Shown piece by piece: positions 10,135-20,507 of a stretch of 62,767 nt of DNA (position 1 is the first letter of the stretch; each line of letters opens with the position of its first letter). The notes under the pieces are model-generated. The model did not search any database, was not told the origin of the DNA, and saw nothing but the letters and a program-made list of their open reading frames with translations. This DNA is from a virus (lineage: Duplodnaviria; Caudoviricetes), in the IMG/VR virus record IMGVR_UViG_3300025647_000034, positions 1 through 62,767 of that record. One strand, given 5' to 3'. The position numbers and the translations under genes are program-made.

Positions 10135-11253
10135 TTAGAATATGTGGGTAAGTCTTGCGACCTGCCCGTGGTTTTTAGAGTGTATGAATCCCTCAATGGC
10201 TTTCGGATTGTGTGCGTAGCCATTTCTGTGATGCCAACTGTCCGTGCCTGATGGAGAGCGCAGGCTTTCGACAGTAACTCCAATAAAGTCCTTAGACGTC
10301 TTGTGGTGTACGTGGTGTGTGTACACGTACCGGTGCTTGGTATCAGACCAATCAACCGAAGCCTCCTGGGCCATCAACAATGGAAGATCTTGGGCCTTCG
10401 CTCCGTCACCATGCGTGGTACCGATCAAGTTGTTGTGGTATCTGTAGTACTTGCGATGTGCGATGCCACAGTCAAATGTAATGTTCTCGCAGTTGTGGAA
10501 CCAGCTCTGAATCACATCAGCCAGGAAGAAACCATTGGTATAGTCGTGGTTTGATGGATTGAAGCAGAAGTGCACAGGCGCTGTCTCCATAAGCAGCTCA
10601 AGAACGTGTACGTATAACTTCTTGGCAGTCAAGAAGTTCTCGTACCACATGCCGTCAGTATCCTGTGGCGTACCACTTGTAGTGGTTCTGCGTGGAGTGT
10701 CAATGTGCAGGATATCGTTTCCTGCAACGAACAAGATTTGGTCTATTTTGAATCCTGACGCTTTCTCAAGGATGCCGTGGACACCTTCGATGACACGAGC
10801 CACAGCTGTTTGTGAATCGTAATCCTCGCCAGTCTCAAAAGCGCTGGCCAGTTTGCCGATGTGTACATCCGCCGGATCAACGACAAGCAGGTGACCGTTG
10901 GTTTGCTTGGGGTATTGTATTCTTTCATATTTGTAGGCGTGTGATTGCATGTCTGAGATGACATCTTCCTTGATGTCCTCCCATGACGTTACATTAGATC
11001 CCTTGACATTGATTGAGTAGTGCTTCCCTTTGTACCAGTAGTGCGATACGTTTTCCATGGGAAGACCAACCTCTTTGCATTCTTCTTCAAGGCCTTTGTG
11101 TTTTTGTTTGTTGATGTACTTTGAAATTGCCTTACGTAGATTCTCTACGCTGCCATCCAAGCCATGCTTTTCCTTAATTGCTCTAGCAATCTCGGCTTTC
11201 GTCCCGAAGCCACTCTCAAACATCTCAAGTGCTTCCTTTTTGTAATTTGACAT
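10135..11253 (-). CDS. Calcineurin-like metallophosphoesterase with N-terminal HTH-like region
   Basis: DVHIG, GNDILH, SNHD, HGD and HVHH motifs. Confidence 0.8.
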   Translation of the reverse strand: MSNYKKEALEMFESGFGTKAEIARAIKEKHGLDGSVENLRKAISKYINKQKHKGLEEECKEVGLPMENVSHYWYKGKHYSINVKGSNVTSWEDIKEDVISDMQSHAYKYERIQYPKQTNGHLLVVDPADVHIGKLASAFETGEDYDSQTAVARVIEGVHGILEKASGFKIDQILFVAGNDILHIDTPRRTTTSGTPQDTDGMWYENFLTAKKLYVHVLELLMETAPVHFCFNPSNHDYTNGFFLADVIQSWFHNCENITFDCGIAHRKYYRYHNNLIGTTHGDGAKAQDLPLLMAQEASVDWSDTKHRYVYTHHVHHKTSKDFIGVTVESLRSPSGTDSWHHRNGYAHNPKAIEGFIHSKNHGQVARLTHIF

Positions 11254-11263
11254 AATTGGTTTG

Positions 11264-11440
11264 TTAAATTGTGAGTTCGCTGTTATGATCAGAGCGTATC
11301 TGTCTGATTATCTCCAGCATTTTTTCGCATATGGACACGACTTCTTTATCTTCTCCGTCGGCCATAGCCTCATATAGATCAATAGACAGACCATGAAGCC
11401 CGTCCATCAACTCATTGATATAGTGTATTTTGTCTTTCAT
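11264..11440 (-). CDS. Hypothetical protein (58 aa, MKDKIHYINELMDG...)
   Basis: Open frame read manually; below the ORF-track cutoff; fills the intergenic gap. Confidence 0.6.
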   Translation of the reverse strand: MKDKIHYINELMDGLHGLSIDLYEAMADGEDKEVVSICEKMLEIIRQIRSDHNSELTI

Positions 11441-11573
11441 AATCGCTTAGCGAAAGGGGCCTGCTTCCGCAGACCCCGTCACTACCACATTATCAAACCA
11501 TTTGAACCTAATCGTCAAACAACTTAACAAATATAATATAGATCGCTATGTTACGATTAACATGTTATACACA

Positions 11574-13430
11574 TTACTGCACCTCGCAGGCGCCACCAGC
11601 GCACGCTGCTTCGCCCATAAGGTTGGTGTTGTCCTGGCCCTCCCTTACGTCACGCAAATCAATGTCGTGAAGCGTAGTCATCATCTGGTCGTACACCTCT
11701 TTGGTGGTTGACTCAAATGGTGTTTGAACATAGGTGCCAAGGTCCTTCGGCAAAAACGAAAGGCCGTTGTAATAATCCTTATTGTTCCATAGCCACCCTC
11801 CTACTTCTTCCCATTCACTATCATCAATAGTGACTGTAGCAGAAATATTGTGAGTATTATCTCCTGTCTTGTGGCCGGGCTTGATCCAATCAATAGAGAA
11901 CTTCTTGATGCGCTCCAAGAACTGCAAAGCTGTTTCTTCATTACGCAACACCGAACCTTCTGGAGCACACTGAGGAATTGAAATCACGGCCTGCTCTGTT
12001 GGCTTGAAGAAGTCATCCTCTAGAATCTCAGGGGCATACTCCGACAAGTACTTGTACAATGGCTCTTCTTTACCAACACGAACACGACGGATATAGTATT
12101 GGTCATGCCAAGCATGGATACCGCTTGAGGTTCCGAGCACGATTGATGATGTACCGCTTGGCTTCACGCAAGTGATACGAGCTGCGTCATTGATGTTGAT
12201 ATCGCTAGACACCTGCTTGTTAACAGCCTTAGCCACGTCAACTGCCTCCTCCAAGTTCAGACCATTGACAGCATTAGATGCGATGCCGGTCATTCCAATG
12301 CCCAACAATGCATCTTCTTCCGTTGTACGCTGCCAAACTGGGCGCAAGTAGTGAAAGTCAGTATAAGACGCTTGGAGCGTTCCAATTACAGCTGCAGCAC
12401 CCACACGTTGGTTAAGGTCGAGTTGGTCCTCTACGTCGCTTGCATTGACCTCTACGAGGTTGCAAAACTGGAAAGGCTTGAGCCCAATCTCACAACATGG
12501 ATTTGTACCCCAATCTTTGTTGTGAGTAAAGTAGAACCCTGGCTCTCCGCTGTTGCTTAGCTCAACCTTCTTCCACAGATCCATGAAGTACTCGTGGCTG
12601 ATCTTGTCTCGCTCCAACACAACGCTGTTGTTTGCACGTCCACGCTGTGGGTTTAGCTCCCACCAATTGCCAAACTTACAAGTCAGCATCTCGTCGTCGT
12701 TCTTGTCAAACAGGCTAATCATTGCACTGCGACGGATACCACCAGCCAACACAGAGTCAGCGATATGACACATGATGTCGTGGCATTCTAAAGGGCTAAG
12801 GCTGGTTCCTTCTTTCTTGTTCTCAAGGATGCCTTTGATTTTACCCAATGCCACACGCAATGGTCCAGGACCAGGAGCCACGCCACCACTGGTTTTCAAT
12901 GGTTCGCCCTGTGCACGGATAGATCGAAAATCGAATACAGGCTCAGCACTAGACAATCCGAAGTAAGCCTTCATCAATGCCTTTACGGCATCGGCCCAAC
13001 CCATCACGTCATCGCTGATCAAGAACTTGCGCTGCTTAGTTGGCTTGGAGATGCGTGGCAAACGATCAACGTGGTGACGCTGAACAGAGTACCCAACACC
13101 ACAGCCAGACAATAACAAGAAGAATGCCTCAGAGAACGCACGATAGTCGTCAATGGGCAAGTAAGAACAGTTGAACAAACGAGCGTTGTTCACCTCGATG
13201 GCAGTGCCACCAAACTGCAATGAACGCATTGATGGAAGAATCTTCTTGTCGTACACCAACTTATATGCGTCCTCGATCTGGTCCTTCATGTGAGGGAACT
13301 TGCGGATGTGCATGTTCTTGTTGCGTGTGACGATCTCCTCCCAGGTCTCACGTCGTCCGATTAAATTGTTGTAGCGTGCGTACTTAGAGTACACAATGAT
13401 GTCTGATAATATTTTTTGTGAGATATTCAT
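11574..13430 (-). CDS. nrdJ: Class II (adenosylcobalamin-dependent) ribonucleotide reductase
   Basis: RRETW, LPSMR, FNCSY, RRSAMI, TNPCCEI, VKPSGT motifs and C-terminal CAGGAC. Confidence 0.9.
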   Translation of the reverse strand: MNISQKILSDIIVYSKYARYNNLIGRRETWEEIVTRNKNMHIRKFPHMKDQIEDAYKLVYDKKILPSMRSLQFGGTAIEVNNARLFNCSYLPIDDYRAFSEAFFLLLSGCGVGYSVQRHHVDRLPRISKPTKQRKFLISDDVMGWADAVKALMKAYFGLSSAEPVFDFRSIRAQGEPLKTSGGVAPGPGPLRVALGKIKGILENKKEGTSLSPLECHDIMCHIADSVLAGGIRRSAMISLFDKNDDEMLTCKFGNWWELNPQRGRANNSVVLERDKISHEYFMDLWKKVELSNSGEPGFYFTHNKDWGTNPCCEIGLKPFQFCNLVEVNASDVEDQLDLNQRVGAAAVIGTLQASYTDFHYLRPVWQRTTEEDALLGIGMTGIASNAVNGLNLEEAVDVAKAVNKQVSSDININDAARITCVKPSGTSSIVLGTSSGIHAWHDQYYIRRVRVGKEEPLYKYLSEYAPEILEDDFFKPTEQAVISIPQCAPEGSVLRNEETALQFLERIKKFSIDWIKPGHKTGDNTHNISATVTIDDSEWEEVGGWLWNNKDYYNGLSFLPKDLGTYVQTPFESTTKEVYDQMMTTLHDIDLRDVREGQDNTNLMGEAACAGGACEVQ

Positions 13431-13666
13431 GGTTTATATATTTCTACGTTGAATCCGTTGTCTCTCAGTTCTTTGATTCGATACTCCTGAAGGGCAGAGA
13501 GTCTCCCTTTAGCAGCCTTAATTTCAGAGAATAGAATCCCCCTCTCTGGATGCAGAGCAATCAGGTCAGGGATCCCGTTCTTGTTAGTCTTGATTAGTTT
13601 GATGACATAGTAGCCCTCCGCCTCGAGTTCTTTTATTCTCTTGGCTTGGATCTGCTGTTCTGTCAT
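13427..13666 (-). CDS. VRR-NUC nuclease (putative resolvase)
   Basis: EQQIQ...GIPDL...EIK...LSALQ pattern. Confidence 0.85.
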   Translation of the reverse strand: MTEQQIQAKRIKELEAEGYYVIKLIKTNKNGIPDLIALHPERGILFSEIKAAKGRLSALQEYRIKELRDNGFNVEIYKP

Positions 13667-14907
13667 AGGGGGAACAAATTTAGCAAATCTCTTTTGAAAT
13701 GCTGGAGCGTGTAGTCCTTCTTTTTATTCACAGTTTGGTAGATTTTTTCCTCAATACCTCCCTTAGCAAAGACCCAGTAAACCTTGTTAAACTTCCTGTC
13801 CTTCGTCGTCATCCTATCCCTTGCCTGCCAATAACTTGTGGCAGAAAAGTCGATATTGTAGAAGACCAAGTACTCAGCATTTCGTAAAGATATACCTTCA
13901 CGTCCGCTGACAATTTGTAAAGCTATGACCTTACAATCAGTGTTGTCGAACGTTGCAATGTCCTGCGTTACATTCTCCTTTCCGAACACCTGCTTGATGG
14001 CCTCGAACTCTGCCTTGAACTTATAGAAGATTCCGATCTTCTTGCCGTCAAACTTCTTAGCGATAGCCTCGGCCTTGCTCGTGTCAGTGACCATTGAGTT
14101 GCCAGACTCGAAGATTATCGTTCCGCTAAACAGCTGGTGAAGCTTCTGCATGAGCTTAGCACCGGTATCAGCAACCACAACCTCGTCCTTGCCAGTCAAC
14201 ACAAGGTCCTTCTTCAGAGTCCTACACATGTTGTACGTGGATCCATTCATCTCGACGTACATCACCTCCTCCTCGATCTCACCAACGAATCCGGCCTCCT
14301 TCTGCGTATAGCTGATGGTGTATGGCTTCATGGCGTCAATGATCGATGGCCTTCCCATGGTGTAGTCTTTGACCATGCCATGACCCAGGTACCGCTGCAT
14401 CACATTCACATGTTTATCAGCAAATCGATAGAAGTTTCTAAACTCAGCAAATGGATTGTTTGGGTGAACAAACACCTGGTGGTACATTTGAGAGAACGAC
14501 TCTGGCGTTGGTGTCCCAGACATGAAGATGACCTTAGACCTGTTCTTTGCTACCAGCTCCTTCACTTGCTTTGATCGCTTGCTCGGCTTTGGGAACGCAC
14601 CCATTGTGTGAGCCTCATCACACACGATCACGTCCCACTTCACATCAGGAAGCTTATGGATGCTTTCGTAGTTCATGATGAACAAAACAAACGAAGGGCA
14701 CAGCATGTTGCAGTCGTCAGCGATCGAGCTCATAGCCTTCTTCTTCGTCAAGAACAACACGTTGTCTGCCTTGACCCTATCACATATTGACAATGATGTC
14801 AATGTCTTTCCTGTACGAACCTCCATGGACAGATACAACATACCACGAGAGGCGAGGACAGCCGCCCCTTGCGAAGCGATGTCCTCTTGATAATCTCTAA
14901 GTTTCAT
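13663..14907 (-). CDS. Superfamily 2 (SNF2-like) helicase
   Basis: LRDYQ, RTGKT, DEAH, SGTP, GREGISL, QARDR motifs. Confidence 0.88.
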   Translation of the reverse strand: MKLRDYQEDIASQGAAVLASRGMLYLSMEVRTGKTLTSLSICDRVKADNVLFLTKKKAMSSIADDCNMLCPSFVLFIMNYESIHKLPDVKWDVIVCDEAHTMGAFPKPSKRSKQVKELVAKNRSKVIFMSGTPTPESFSQMYHQVFVHPNNPFAEFRNFYRFADKHVNVMQRYLGHGMVKDYTMGRPSIIDAMKPYTISYTQKEAGFVGEIEEEVMYVEMNGSTYNMCRTLKKDLVLTGKDEVVVADTGAKLMQKLHQLFSGTIIFESGNSMVTDTSKAEAIAKKFDGKKIGIFYKFKAEFEAIKQVFGKENVTQDIATFDNTDCKVIALQIVSGREGISLRNAEYLVFYNIDFSATSYWQARDRMTTKDRKFNKVYWVFAKGGIEEKIYQTVNKKKDYTLQHFKRDLLNLFPL

Positions 14908-14910
14908 AAA

Positions 14911-17313
14911 TTAAAATTCAATATCACCATCTTCCTCAACCTCTTCGTCAGGGGTCTTGATCATAATGGTTTTGCCTCTTGCGTTTCTGCTCTCCAATGG
15001 ATCGTTGCCAAATACAAATCGAGTGTAGGCCGTTAGCCACCTTGACATCTGACGTGTAGAGATAGCGTACTTTCCACGACCACCAAAGTCAGGGTACTCG
15101 GTAGTGAACGAGTTCATCAGATCAGCTACGTTCAAATACGTGTTGTACTTGAACCTAGTACCAAGCTCGTCCTTACACCAGTCTGCGAACTCTTTGCATG
15201 TCTCTGCATGGAACTTACGCTCCTTCAAGTTGACAAAGTCACTCTTGACCAGGCCATGCTCAAGGTACATCTGAAGACAACTGATCATGTAGTTATCAAA
15301 CCTACACCACTCGTCCTCGTCCCAGTCACTGAACAGCATACGTCCAAACTCTTCGAATGGCGTATAGTCCTTTGAATAGAACTTCTTGAACTCCAGCTCC
15401 CACTTTCTCCTCTCGAATGAGTTACCGGATCCCTTGATGGCATAGTTCGTTGTAATGACAATCTTCGGTGACCTTTCAAATGGTATTTTAATTGCGTCCT
15501 TATTCTTCTTCTCAAGCGTTATCCCCTCCGTTACGATAGAGAACAACCTCTCGAAGTCAAAGTGCTTTCTAACGTCGTCAAACGTCAGCACTTGAGTGTC
15601 TGCCGATACCAATTGGTATGCAAACGATCGCTCGAAATTAAACGCTTTGCCATCAATGGTCACCATCTTTTTCATCTTGCCGATGGCATTGACAAAGATA
15701 CCCTTACCAGTTCCACCTTCAGGCTGGTCAGATATCACCTCGTCATTGATGATCACAGCAGGAGAGTACGACAAACGCTTGTGCCCGTGCAGTAGGTACC
15801 CGATGGTACTCTCAATGGATCCTACACGCTCGCCATCCTTTCCGCTGATGTTCTGTATGAACTGCTTGAAGTCACACTTCGTGCTGTTGCACACCTCGAA
15901 GTCACGATCAATCACCTGATCCTTCCACACAAAACCATTGAGATCTATGTAGTCGATGATCCGTACGTCGTCCTTCTTTATCTGAACGGCACAGTTTCTA
16001 AAGTACAGGTACGATATATCTGCTGTGTCTTGCATGAAGTATACGTCAACAGGCGACAACAGCTTCAGATAGTCCTCCTTGAAGTACTTGGTCTTGTCAG
16101 CGAAGTGATTGTACACCGACATATCACCAAGCTTCTCTAGATAGCTCAGTACAAAGTCCTTGATGATATCTTCCGAAGTACTCGATATAAGGCTATTCGT
16201 AACCCTAACGAAGATAAACGCATCAGACCCATCCGGCCTATATTTCCTAAACCCATTGCTTTCTAAGAATTGTTTGAACAAATGTGGAGCGATGCTGACG
16301 ACGCCTCTGTCACTTCTGGTCCAGAACTCGGAAACACCCGAGTCTTCCTCTGCAGTTCGAATGACATTATCAATAGCGGAATCTTCAACTCCAGCATCCC
16401 TAAGCTGAGTCCGCAGTTCTTTTTTTGGCACACCTCCTCTGATTTGTCTCTTGACATTATCAATGGTGTCAGTGTCCTCAAAGCACTTTGTGTTAAACTT
16501 CTCCGTTGCTCGGTATGCGCTCTCAACAATGGTCTTGATCTCAGACGCAGGGAACCCGTCGTGCTGGTACCCAGCCATGACAAAGTGTGCCATGTCCTTG
16601 TTGATGCCAAAGTCATTAAACGCAGCGGCAAGCTTGAATAGGTTATTGTTACGCTCACCTACCACGACACCAAACTTCTTGTCCCACCAAAGGGTAAGGC
16701 GTCTAACGATCTCGTTGCTGTCCTTAATCTTTATTATTGGTGCGGAAGAAGAAACGTCATACTGCTCGTACTCACGTTCAACAATACCGGTCCACGTCAG
16801 GCTGTCCTCGTTGATGAAGATCATAGGGTCGTATGACTCATAGCATACACGGCTTATGTTCTTACAGCTCTTGTCGAAGTACTCAGAGTCATAGTGATTC
16901 TGAAGGCCCTCGAAGTAGTCTCTATGCTTGTCAGGATCAGCCGGTATCTTGACCAAAGCCTTTAGCCCGTTTCCGCTTGGAGACGTAAACACACTAAACG
17001 TGTACTTGTCCTTCATCAATACCTCACGCATGGAGCCCATCTCTGTGCGTCCAGGGAAGTTGTCAAAGTCAAGACAGATAAGGCCACTATGCTTAACAAG
17101 GGCCTTGTCTTCTCTCTTGTTGAACTCGCCAGAGAAACACACGGCAGGAAGCTGCTGTTTGATCAAGTTCCTCTTAGTCTTATCCTTCTCTGCTCGGATC
17201 TTAGACACAACATCCTTTGACTTGCCGTCACGGATGCGATCCAATACGACCATCACGTCCCTAAAGAACGGGGTCTCTGTGTCTTTAATGTCTTTAAATA
17301 TCGTTACGTTCAT
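14911..17313 (-). CDS. Primase-helicase: BT4734/VirE-N AEP domain + PriCT + SF3-type helicase
   Basis: CLDFD, SPSGNGLK, CYESYDP; GERNNNLFKLA; Walker A GGTGKG, FDDV, ITTNY. Confidence 0.85.
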   Translation of the reverse strand: MNVTIFKDIKDTETPFFRDVMVVLDRIRDGKSKDVVSKIRAEKDKTKRNLIKQQLPAVCFSGEFNKREDKALVKHSGLICLDFDNFPGRTEMGSMREVLMKDKYTFSVFTSPSGNGLKALVKIPADPDKHRDYFEGLQNHYDSEYFDKSCKNISRVCYESYDPMIFINEDSLTWTGIVEREYEQYDVSSSAPIIKIKDSNEIVRRLTLWWDKKFGVVVGERNNNLFKLAAAFNDFGINKDMAHFVMAGYQHDGFPASEIKTIVESAYRATEKFNTKCFEDTDTIDNVKRQIRGGVPKKELRTQLRDAGVEDSAIDNVIRTAEEDSGVSEFWTRSDRGVVSIAPHLFKQFLESNGFRKYRPDGSDAFIFVRVTNSLISSTSEDIIKDFVLSYLEKLGDMSVYNHFADKTKYFKEDYLKLLSPVDVYFMQDTADISYLYFRNCAVQIKKDDVRIIDYIDLNGFVWKDQVIDRDFEVCNSTKCDFKQFIQNISGKDGERVGSIESTIGYLLHGHKRLSYSPAVIINDEVISDQPEGGTGKGIFVNAIGKMKKMVTIDGKAFNFERSFAYQLVSADTQVLTFDDVRKHFDFERLFSIVTEGITLEKKNKDAIKIPFERSPKIVITTNYAIKGSGNSFERRKWELEFKKFYSKDYTPFEEFGRMLFSDWDEDEWCRFDNYMISCLQMYLEHGLVKSDFVNLKERKFHAETCKEFADWCKDELGTRFKYNTYLNVADLMNSFTTEYPDFGGRGKYAISTRQMSRWLTAYTRFVFGNDPLESRNARGKTIMIKTPDEEVEEDGDIEF

Positions 17314-17324
17314 TTGGTTTGATT

Positions 17325-17346
17325 AAAAGGGGCCCCGAAAGGCCCC
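17325..17346 (-). terminator. Intrinsic terminator after the SSB gene
   Basis: GGGGCC/GGCCCC stem followed by a T-run on the minus strand. Confidence 0.6.
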
Positions 17347-17355
17347 GTGTGAAAC

Positions 17356-17664
17356 TTAGAATGGCATGTCGTCATCCAGCTGCGGCTGTGGCTTAGGCTT
17401 TGGCGCCTGCTGCTTGCTCTCGGCTGCAGCAATCTTGCCATCAGTCCAAACAACCTTGCCGCCACCCACATAGGACTTGGCTGACTTTTGGTCACGCTCC
17501 TCCTTTGTTTGTGAGTGGTAGACGCTTGCGTTCTTTCCGTAGTCGTTGGTCTCGTCGTTTACAGAGATGGTAAGGTCCAAATACTTGGCACCATTCTTAC
17601 CTTCGACGATTCGTGATTTGTCGATCTTAGACAGATCGAGTGAAATTGTTACTAAACTTGACAT
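17356..17664 (-). CDS. ssb: Single-stranded DNA-binding protein
   Basis: Acidic C-terminal tail DDDMPF; next to recombination genes. Confidence 0.75.
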   Translation of the reverse strand: MSSLVTISLDLSKIDKSRIVEGKNGAKYLDLTISVNDETNDYGKNASVYHSQTKEERDQKSAKSYVGGGKVVWTDGKIAAAESKQQAPKPKPQPQLDDDMPF

Positions 17665-17674
17665 ATAAAATTAA

Positions 17675-18394
17675 TTAAAGGGTTTCTTGAATAAAATACT
17701 GGGACAATTTTTCTGTGGCTCCTGGTGCAAAGAACTTATTATACACCTCGATCGCCTTGTACACCTTCTCACGCCCAGCGTCTAAGAAGGCTTCGCTGCA
17801 CTCAAACAATCCGGTACGGCATGTCTTCTTCTCGATGACAATGAATACTAACGGAACACCGAACAGCTGATTGTATATCCACGCCTGTGAGTCGTAGTTA
17901 TACTTTCGTGCCGACCACTTGAAGTCGTCGATGTTGCTCGTGGTCTTCAGGTCCACTATATAGTCAGCGGTAAGCACGTCGGCCTTTCCCTTCCACATGG
18001 TAGACTTGATCTCCCCGATGGCAGGCTCCTCGAACTTGGCACCTTCAGCGTACACCATATCAAAGAACTCGATGTTGCCTTGGATGGTGTCGACCATTCT
18101 GTCTAGGTCAGCCCTCTCGCTTTCCAACAGCAGGATGTCTCCACCAGCGGCTTCTTTGTACTTGTTGGTTGAACGTGTTGATGCATCAACGAATTGAAAG
18201 TTCACCAGTTTCTCAGGCTCCAATAAAGCCGTGTGGAAGTATGAGCCCTCCACCATCGGAACGGTTTTGGGCTTGTCCTTCCTGAACGTGAACGGATCTT
18301 TTAATAGAGAACCAATATCAGAGTTGGATAAGTACTTCTTGCCTTCTGCTCCGTAGTAGTTCTCATCGGACCTAAGCAAGTTGATGGTACTCAT
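17675..18394 (-). CDS. PD-(D/E)XK exonuclease, RecE/ExoVIII-like (DUF3799-type)
   Basis: LSNSDI, GSYFHTALLEP, KGKADVL..IVDLKTT, YDSQAWIY. Confidence 0.85.
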   Translation of the reverse strand: MSTINLLRSDENYYGAEGKKYLSNSDIGSLLKDPFTFRKDKPKTVPMVEGSYFHTALLEPEKLVNFQFVDASTRSTNKYKEAAGGDILLLESERADLDRMVDTIQGNIEFFDMVYAEGAKFEEPAIGEIKSTMWKGKADVLTADYIVDLKTTSNIDDFKWSARKYNYDSQAWIYNQLFGVPLVFIVIEKKTCRTGLFECSEAFLDAGREKVYKAIEVYNKFFAPGATEKLSQYFIQETL

Positions 18395-19013
18395 TGTAAA
18401 TCTCTGCGTTGGTCTTGATGTCTAACTTTCCTTTCTTGGCCTCGATCGCCTCTAGGACCTGATCCCATGTCTCGCCACGCTTTTTGGCAGCGGTCATGAA
18501 CTTGGTCAATGCCTTTCGGTCAATGACTCCGGCCTTGTCTTTGTCTTCTTGAGTGGCAACTCTGAATCCGTCCTTCTTCATCTGCTCAGCGGCAGACTCA
18601 GCGGCAGACTCAGGCATGTCCTCTCCGGCATAGATGTACAGACCCAGACCGTGCATAGCGATAGCCTTGGTGGCTGATCGTTGGATGGCTTTGTTTACAT
18701 CAAATGATGTAACACGCTCCAATGGAATGGCGTTGTTGCGCATGTCCATGATCGGCAGGTAGTCGATGTGCTCTATGCCATCGATCTCAACACCGACCTT
18801 CACCCAGCATGTCTTGCCGTCTGTGAAATAGTTGTTTCCGCTTGGATCTTCGTACACCTTGCGCTGTACGTTTGGAAAGTGTTTCTTGACCTCTGCCCAG
18901 GCATATGCCCAAGACAGATAGGTTTGGTTTCCCTTTTTCTCGGTCTTGTCGTTTACGTTAATAGCGGATAAGACTTCGTAAACACTTTTTTGGTTTGATT
19001 TTTGGTTTTCCAT
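18372..19013 (-). CDS. Sak3/DUF1071 single-strand annealing protein
   Basis: YLSWAYAW, LPIMDMRN, KAIAMHGLGLYIYAGED. Confidence 0.85.
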   Translation of the reverse strand: MENQKSNQKSVYEVLSAINVNDKTEKKGNQTYLSWAYAWAEVKKHFPNVQRKVYEDPSGNNYFTDGKTCWVKVGVEIDGIEHIDYLPIMDMRNNAIPLERVTSFDVNKAIQRSATKAIAMHGLGLYIYAGEDMPESAAESAAEQMKKDGFRVATQEDKDKAGVIDRKALTKFMTAAKKRGETWDQVLEAIEAKKGKLDIKTNAEIYNEYHQLA

Positions 19014-19014
19014 T

Positions 19015-19263
19015 TTATTTAGATATTTTTAATAGTATTAGGTATCCAATCAGGTCCATTACAGAATCTTCAGTATCGTCCGATTGTTGGTTCATTATTC
19101 TATTAAGCTTATCGTCTATTCTAACTTTAAGCTGTTCTTTTGAGTCGGCCTTCGAAAAGATCCTTGATGGGTTCATCGCAGAATCGCCGTACTTTCTGTT
19201 TTTTTCAATAAGCAAGCTTTTTATTTCTTCGCACGCTATTGTTATTTTTTCTTCTGTTGTCAT
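19015..19263 (-). CDS. DUF1599/Nmad1-like protein
   Basis: KNRKYGDS...RIDDKLNRI...DLIGYLIL; true start MTTEEK at 19263. Confidence 0.7.
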   Translation of the reverse strand: MTTEEKITIACEEIKSLLIEKNRKYGDSAMNPSRIFSKADSKEQLKVRIDDKLNRIMNQQSDDTEDSVMDLIGYLILLKISK

Positions 19264-19264
19264 T

Positions 19265-19504
19265 TTAATTATAGTTGATTGTGCATGGCTGGAAGTAGTC
19301 CACGATGGCATCATGATCGATGTCAAAGATGTCTGCTTGAACATGTCCTTCATCTGTCTCGGTGTGAGCGAACATGACCTTGACGGAGTCGCTATCGATC
19401 GATACGTGATGGCAGTAGATGAATCTCTTTTCATGTTCAATGTACAAAAATACCCCAGCCTTTAGTTCCAACGCAAGTGAAGTTGTCAACAAGTTATCAA
19501 TCAT
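19265..19504 (-). CDS. Hypothetical protein
   Basis: Tightly packed ORF in the operon. Confidence 0.6.
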   Translation of the reverse strand: MIDNLLTTSLALELKAGVFLYIEHEKRFIYCHHVSIDSDSVKVMFAHTETDEGHVQADIFDIDHDAIVDYFQPCTINYN

Positions 19505-19519
19505 GGTACATTAAAGGTA

Positions 19520-19699
19520 CTATCTTTTTGGGATATATCCTTCAATTCTGTACAATGAGTCGATAATTACAGTGTCTCCAACGCTCATGCGCTCAGGCAG
19601 TCTCATCCGGCCAGTCTGGCCAGTGGCTGAGTCCTTGAATGCGTACTGGTAACCGCCAATCTCCATGGCGAATACAGATAAAATTACTAGTGTTTTCAT
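19520..19699 (-). CDS. Hypothetical protein (MKTLVIL...)
   Basis: ORF with A-rich leader. Confidence 0.55.
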   Translation of the reverse strand: MKTLVILSVFAMEIGGYQYAFKDSATGQTGRMRLPERMSVGDTVIIDSLYRIEGYIPKR

Positions 19700-19712
19700 T
19701 TTGGTATTGTTA

Positions 19713-19922
19713 TTAGTTATTAAAAGTTCCTGTCTCACCATCAATATGTGGATCTGCCGAATACCCGTCATAAGTTCCGTCAGGGTTAAAGTAGTGATAC
19801 ACGCCAGCTGAATCCCTTAGTATCAAAGCATAAATCTCTGATTTTGCTGAACTCCACACTATGGGTAGGGTTATTTTCACCTCATCCAGTCGTATGTTGG
19901 ATGTTCTTTCTTGGTCTTTCAT
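19713..19922 (-). CDS. Hypothetical protein
   Basis: Start overlaps the upstream stop codon. Confidence 0.6.
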   Translation of the reverse strand: MKDQERTSNIRLDEVKITLPIVWSSAKSEIYALILRDSAGVYHYFNPDGTYDGYSADPHIDGETGTFNN

Positions 19923-20296
19923 TTCTCTTTTGTGTATTTATGTCTATCTCCTTTAAGTACATTCTCTGATTGACTAATGCGCTGAAGATTATCTAATCTA
20001 TTGTTTAATACATCTCCATCTATGTGGTCAATGACATTAAATCTACACCCGTCAGGCTCAGTTCCGTTAAATGAATTAAATACAGCGGTATGTACATAGA
20101 TGGTTGACTTAACATCGTTTTCGCTTATTGTAAAGAGTTTGTACCCGTGTTTATTGGTAGCCGTATTCAACACCTTACCCTTTTGTTTCATCTTCCCGTA
20201 TCTGGAATGTGGCACAACTCTTTCAACGCTTCTAACATTTCCTGCGTCACTCACCTCGTAGTAGTCTGAGCAATATAGTTTAGTCCAGTTCTCCAT
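19919..20296 (-). CDS. NUMOD4/HNH endonuclease
   Basis: ENW..YEVSDAGNVRS (NUMOD4) and IDHIDGDVLNNRLDNL..ISQSEN (HNH). Confidence 0.85.
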   Translation of the reverse strand: MENWTKLYCSDYYEVSDAGNVRSVERVVPHSRYGKMKQKGKVLNTATNKHGYKLFTISENDVKSTIYVHTAVFNSFNGTEPDGCRFNVIDHIDGDVLNNRLDNLQRISQSENVLKGDRHKYTKEK

Positions 20297-20297
20297 T

Positions 20298-20507
20298 TCA
20301 TTTAGTGTTAAAGGTTTCGTTGTAGTATCGTTGTGATCCAATTACATATTCATCTTGAATACCAAATATATAAGCATCCATAATAACCTCTTTCTCTTTC
20401 TCAAGCATTGACTCAATCTTCTGCTCAATCATTCTTGGCCAGTCTAAATCCATTGGCAGGGTTGCCCTAACCCATTCCAACATTTCTTGCATTGGTGTTT
20501 GTTTCAT
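20298..20507 (-). CDS. Hypothetical protein, paralog of the next gene
   Basis: TPMQE...EKEKEVIMDA...YYNE shared with the neighbouring gene. Confidence 0.65.
   Translation of the reverse strand: MKQTPMQEMLEWVRATLPMDLDWPRMIEQKIESMLEKEKEVIMDAYIFGIQDEYVIGSQRYYNETFNTK

Noticed and set aside
19015-19263. DNA hypermodification pathway implied by the Nmad1/DUF1599-like gene
   Set aside because: No accompanying modification enzymes recognised
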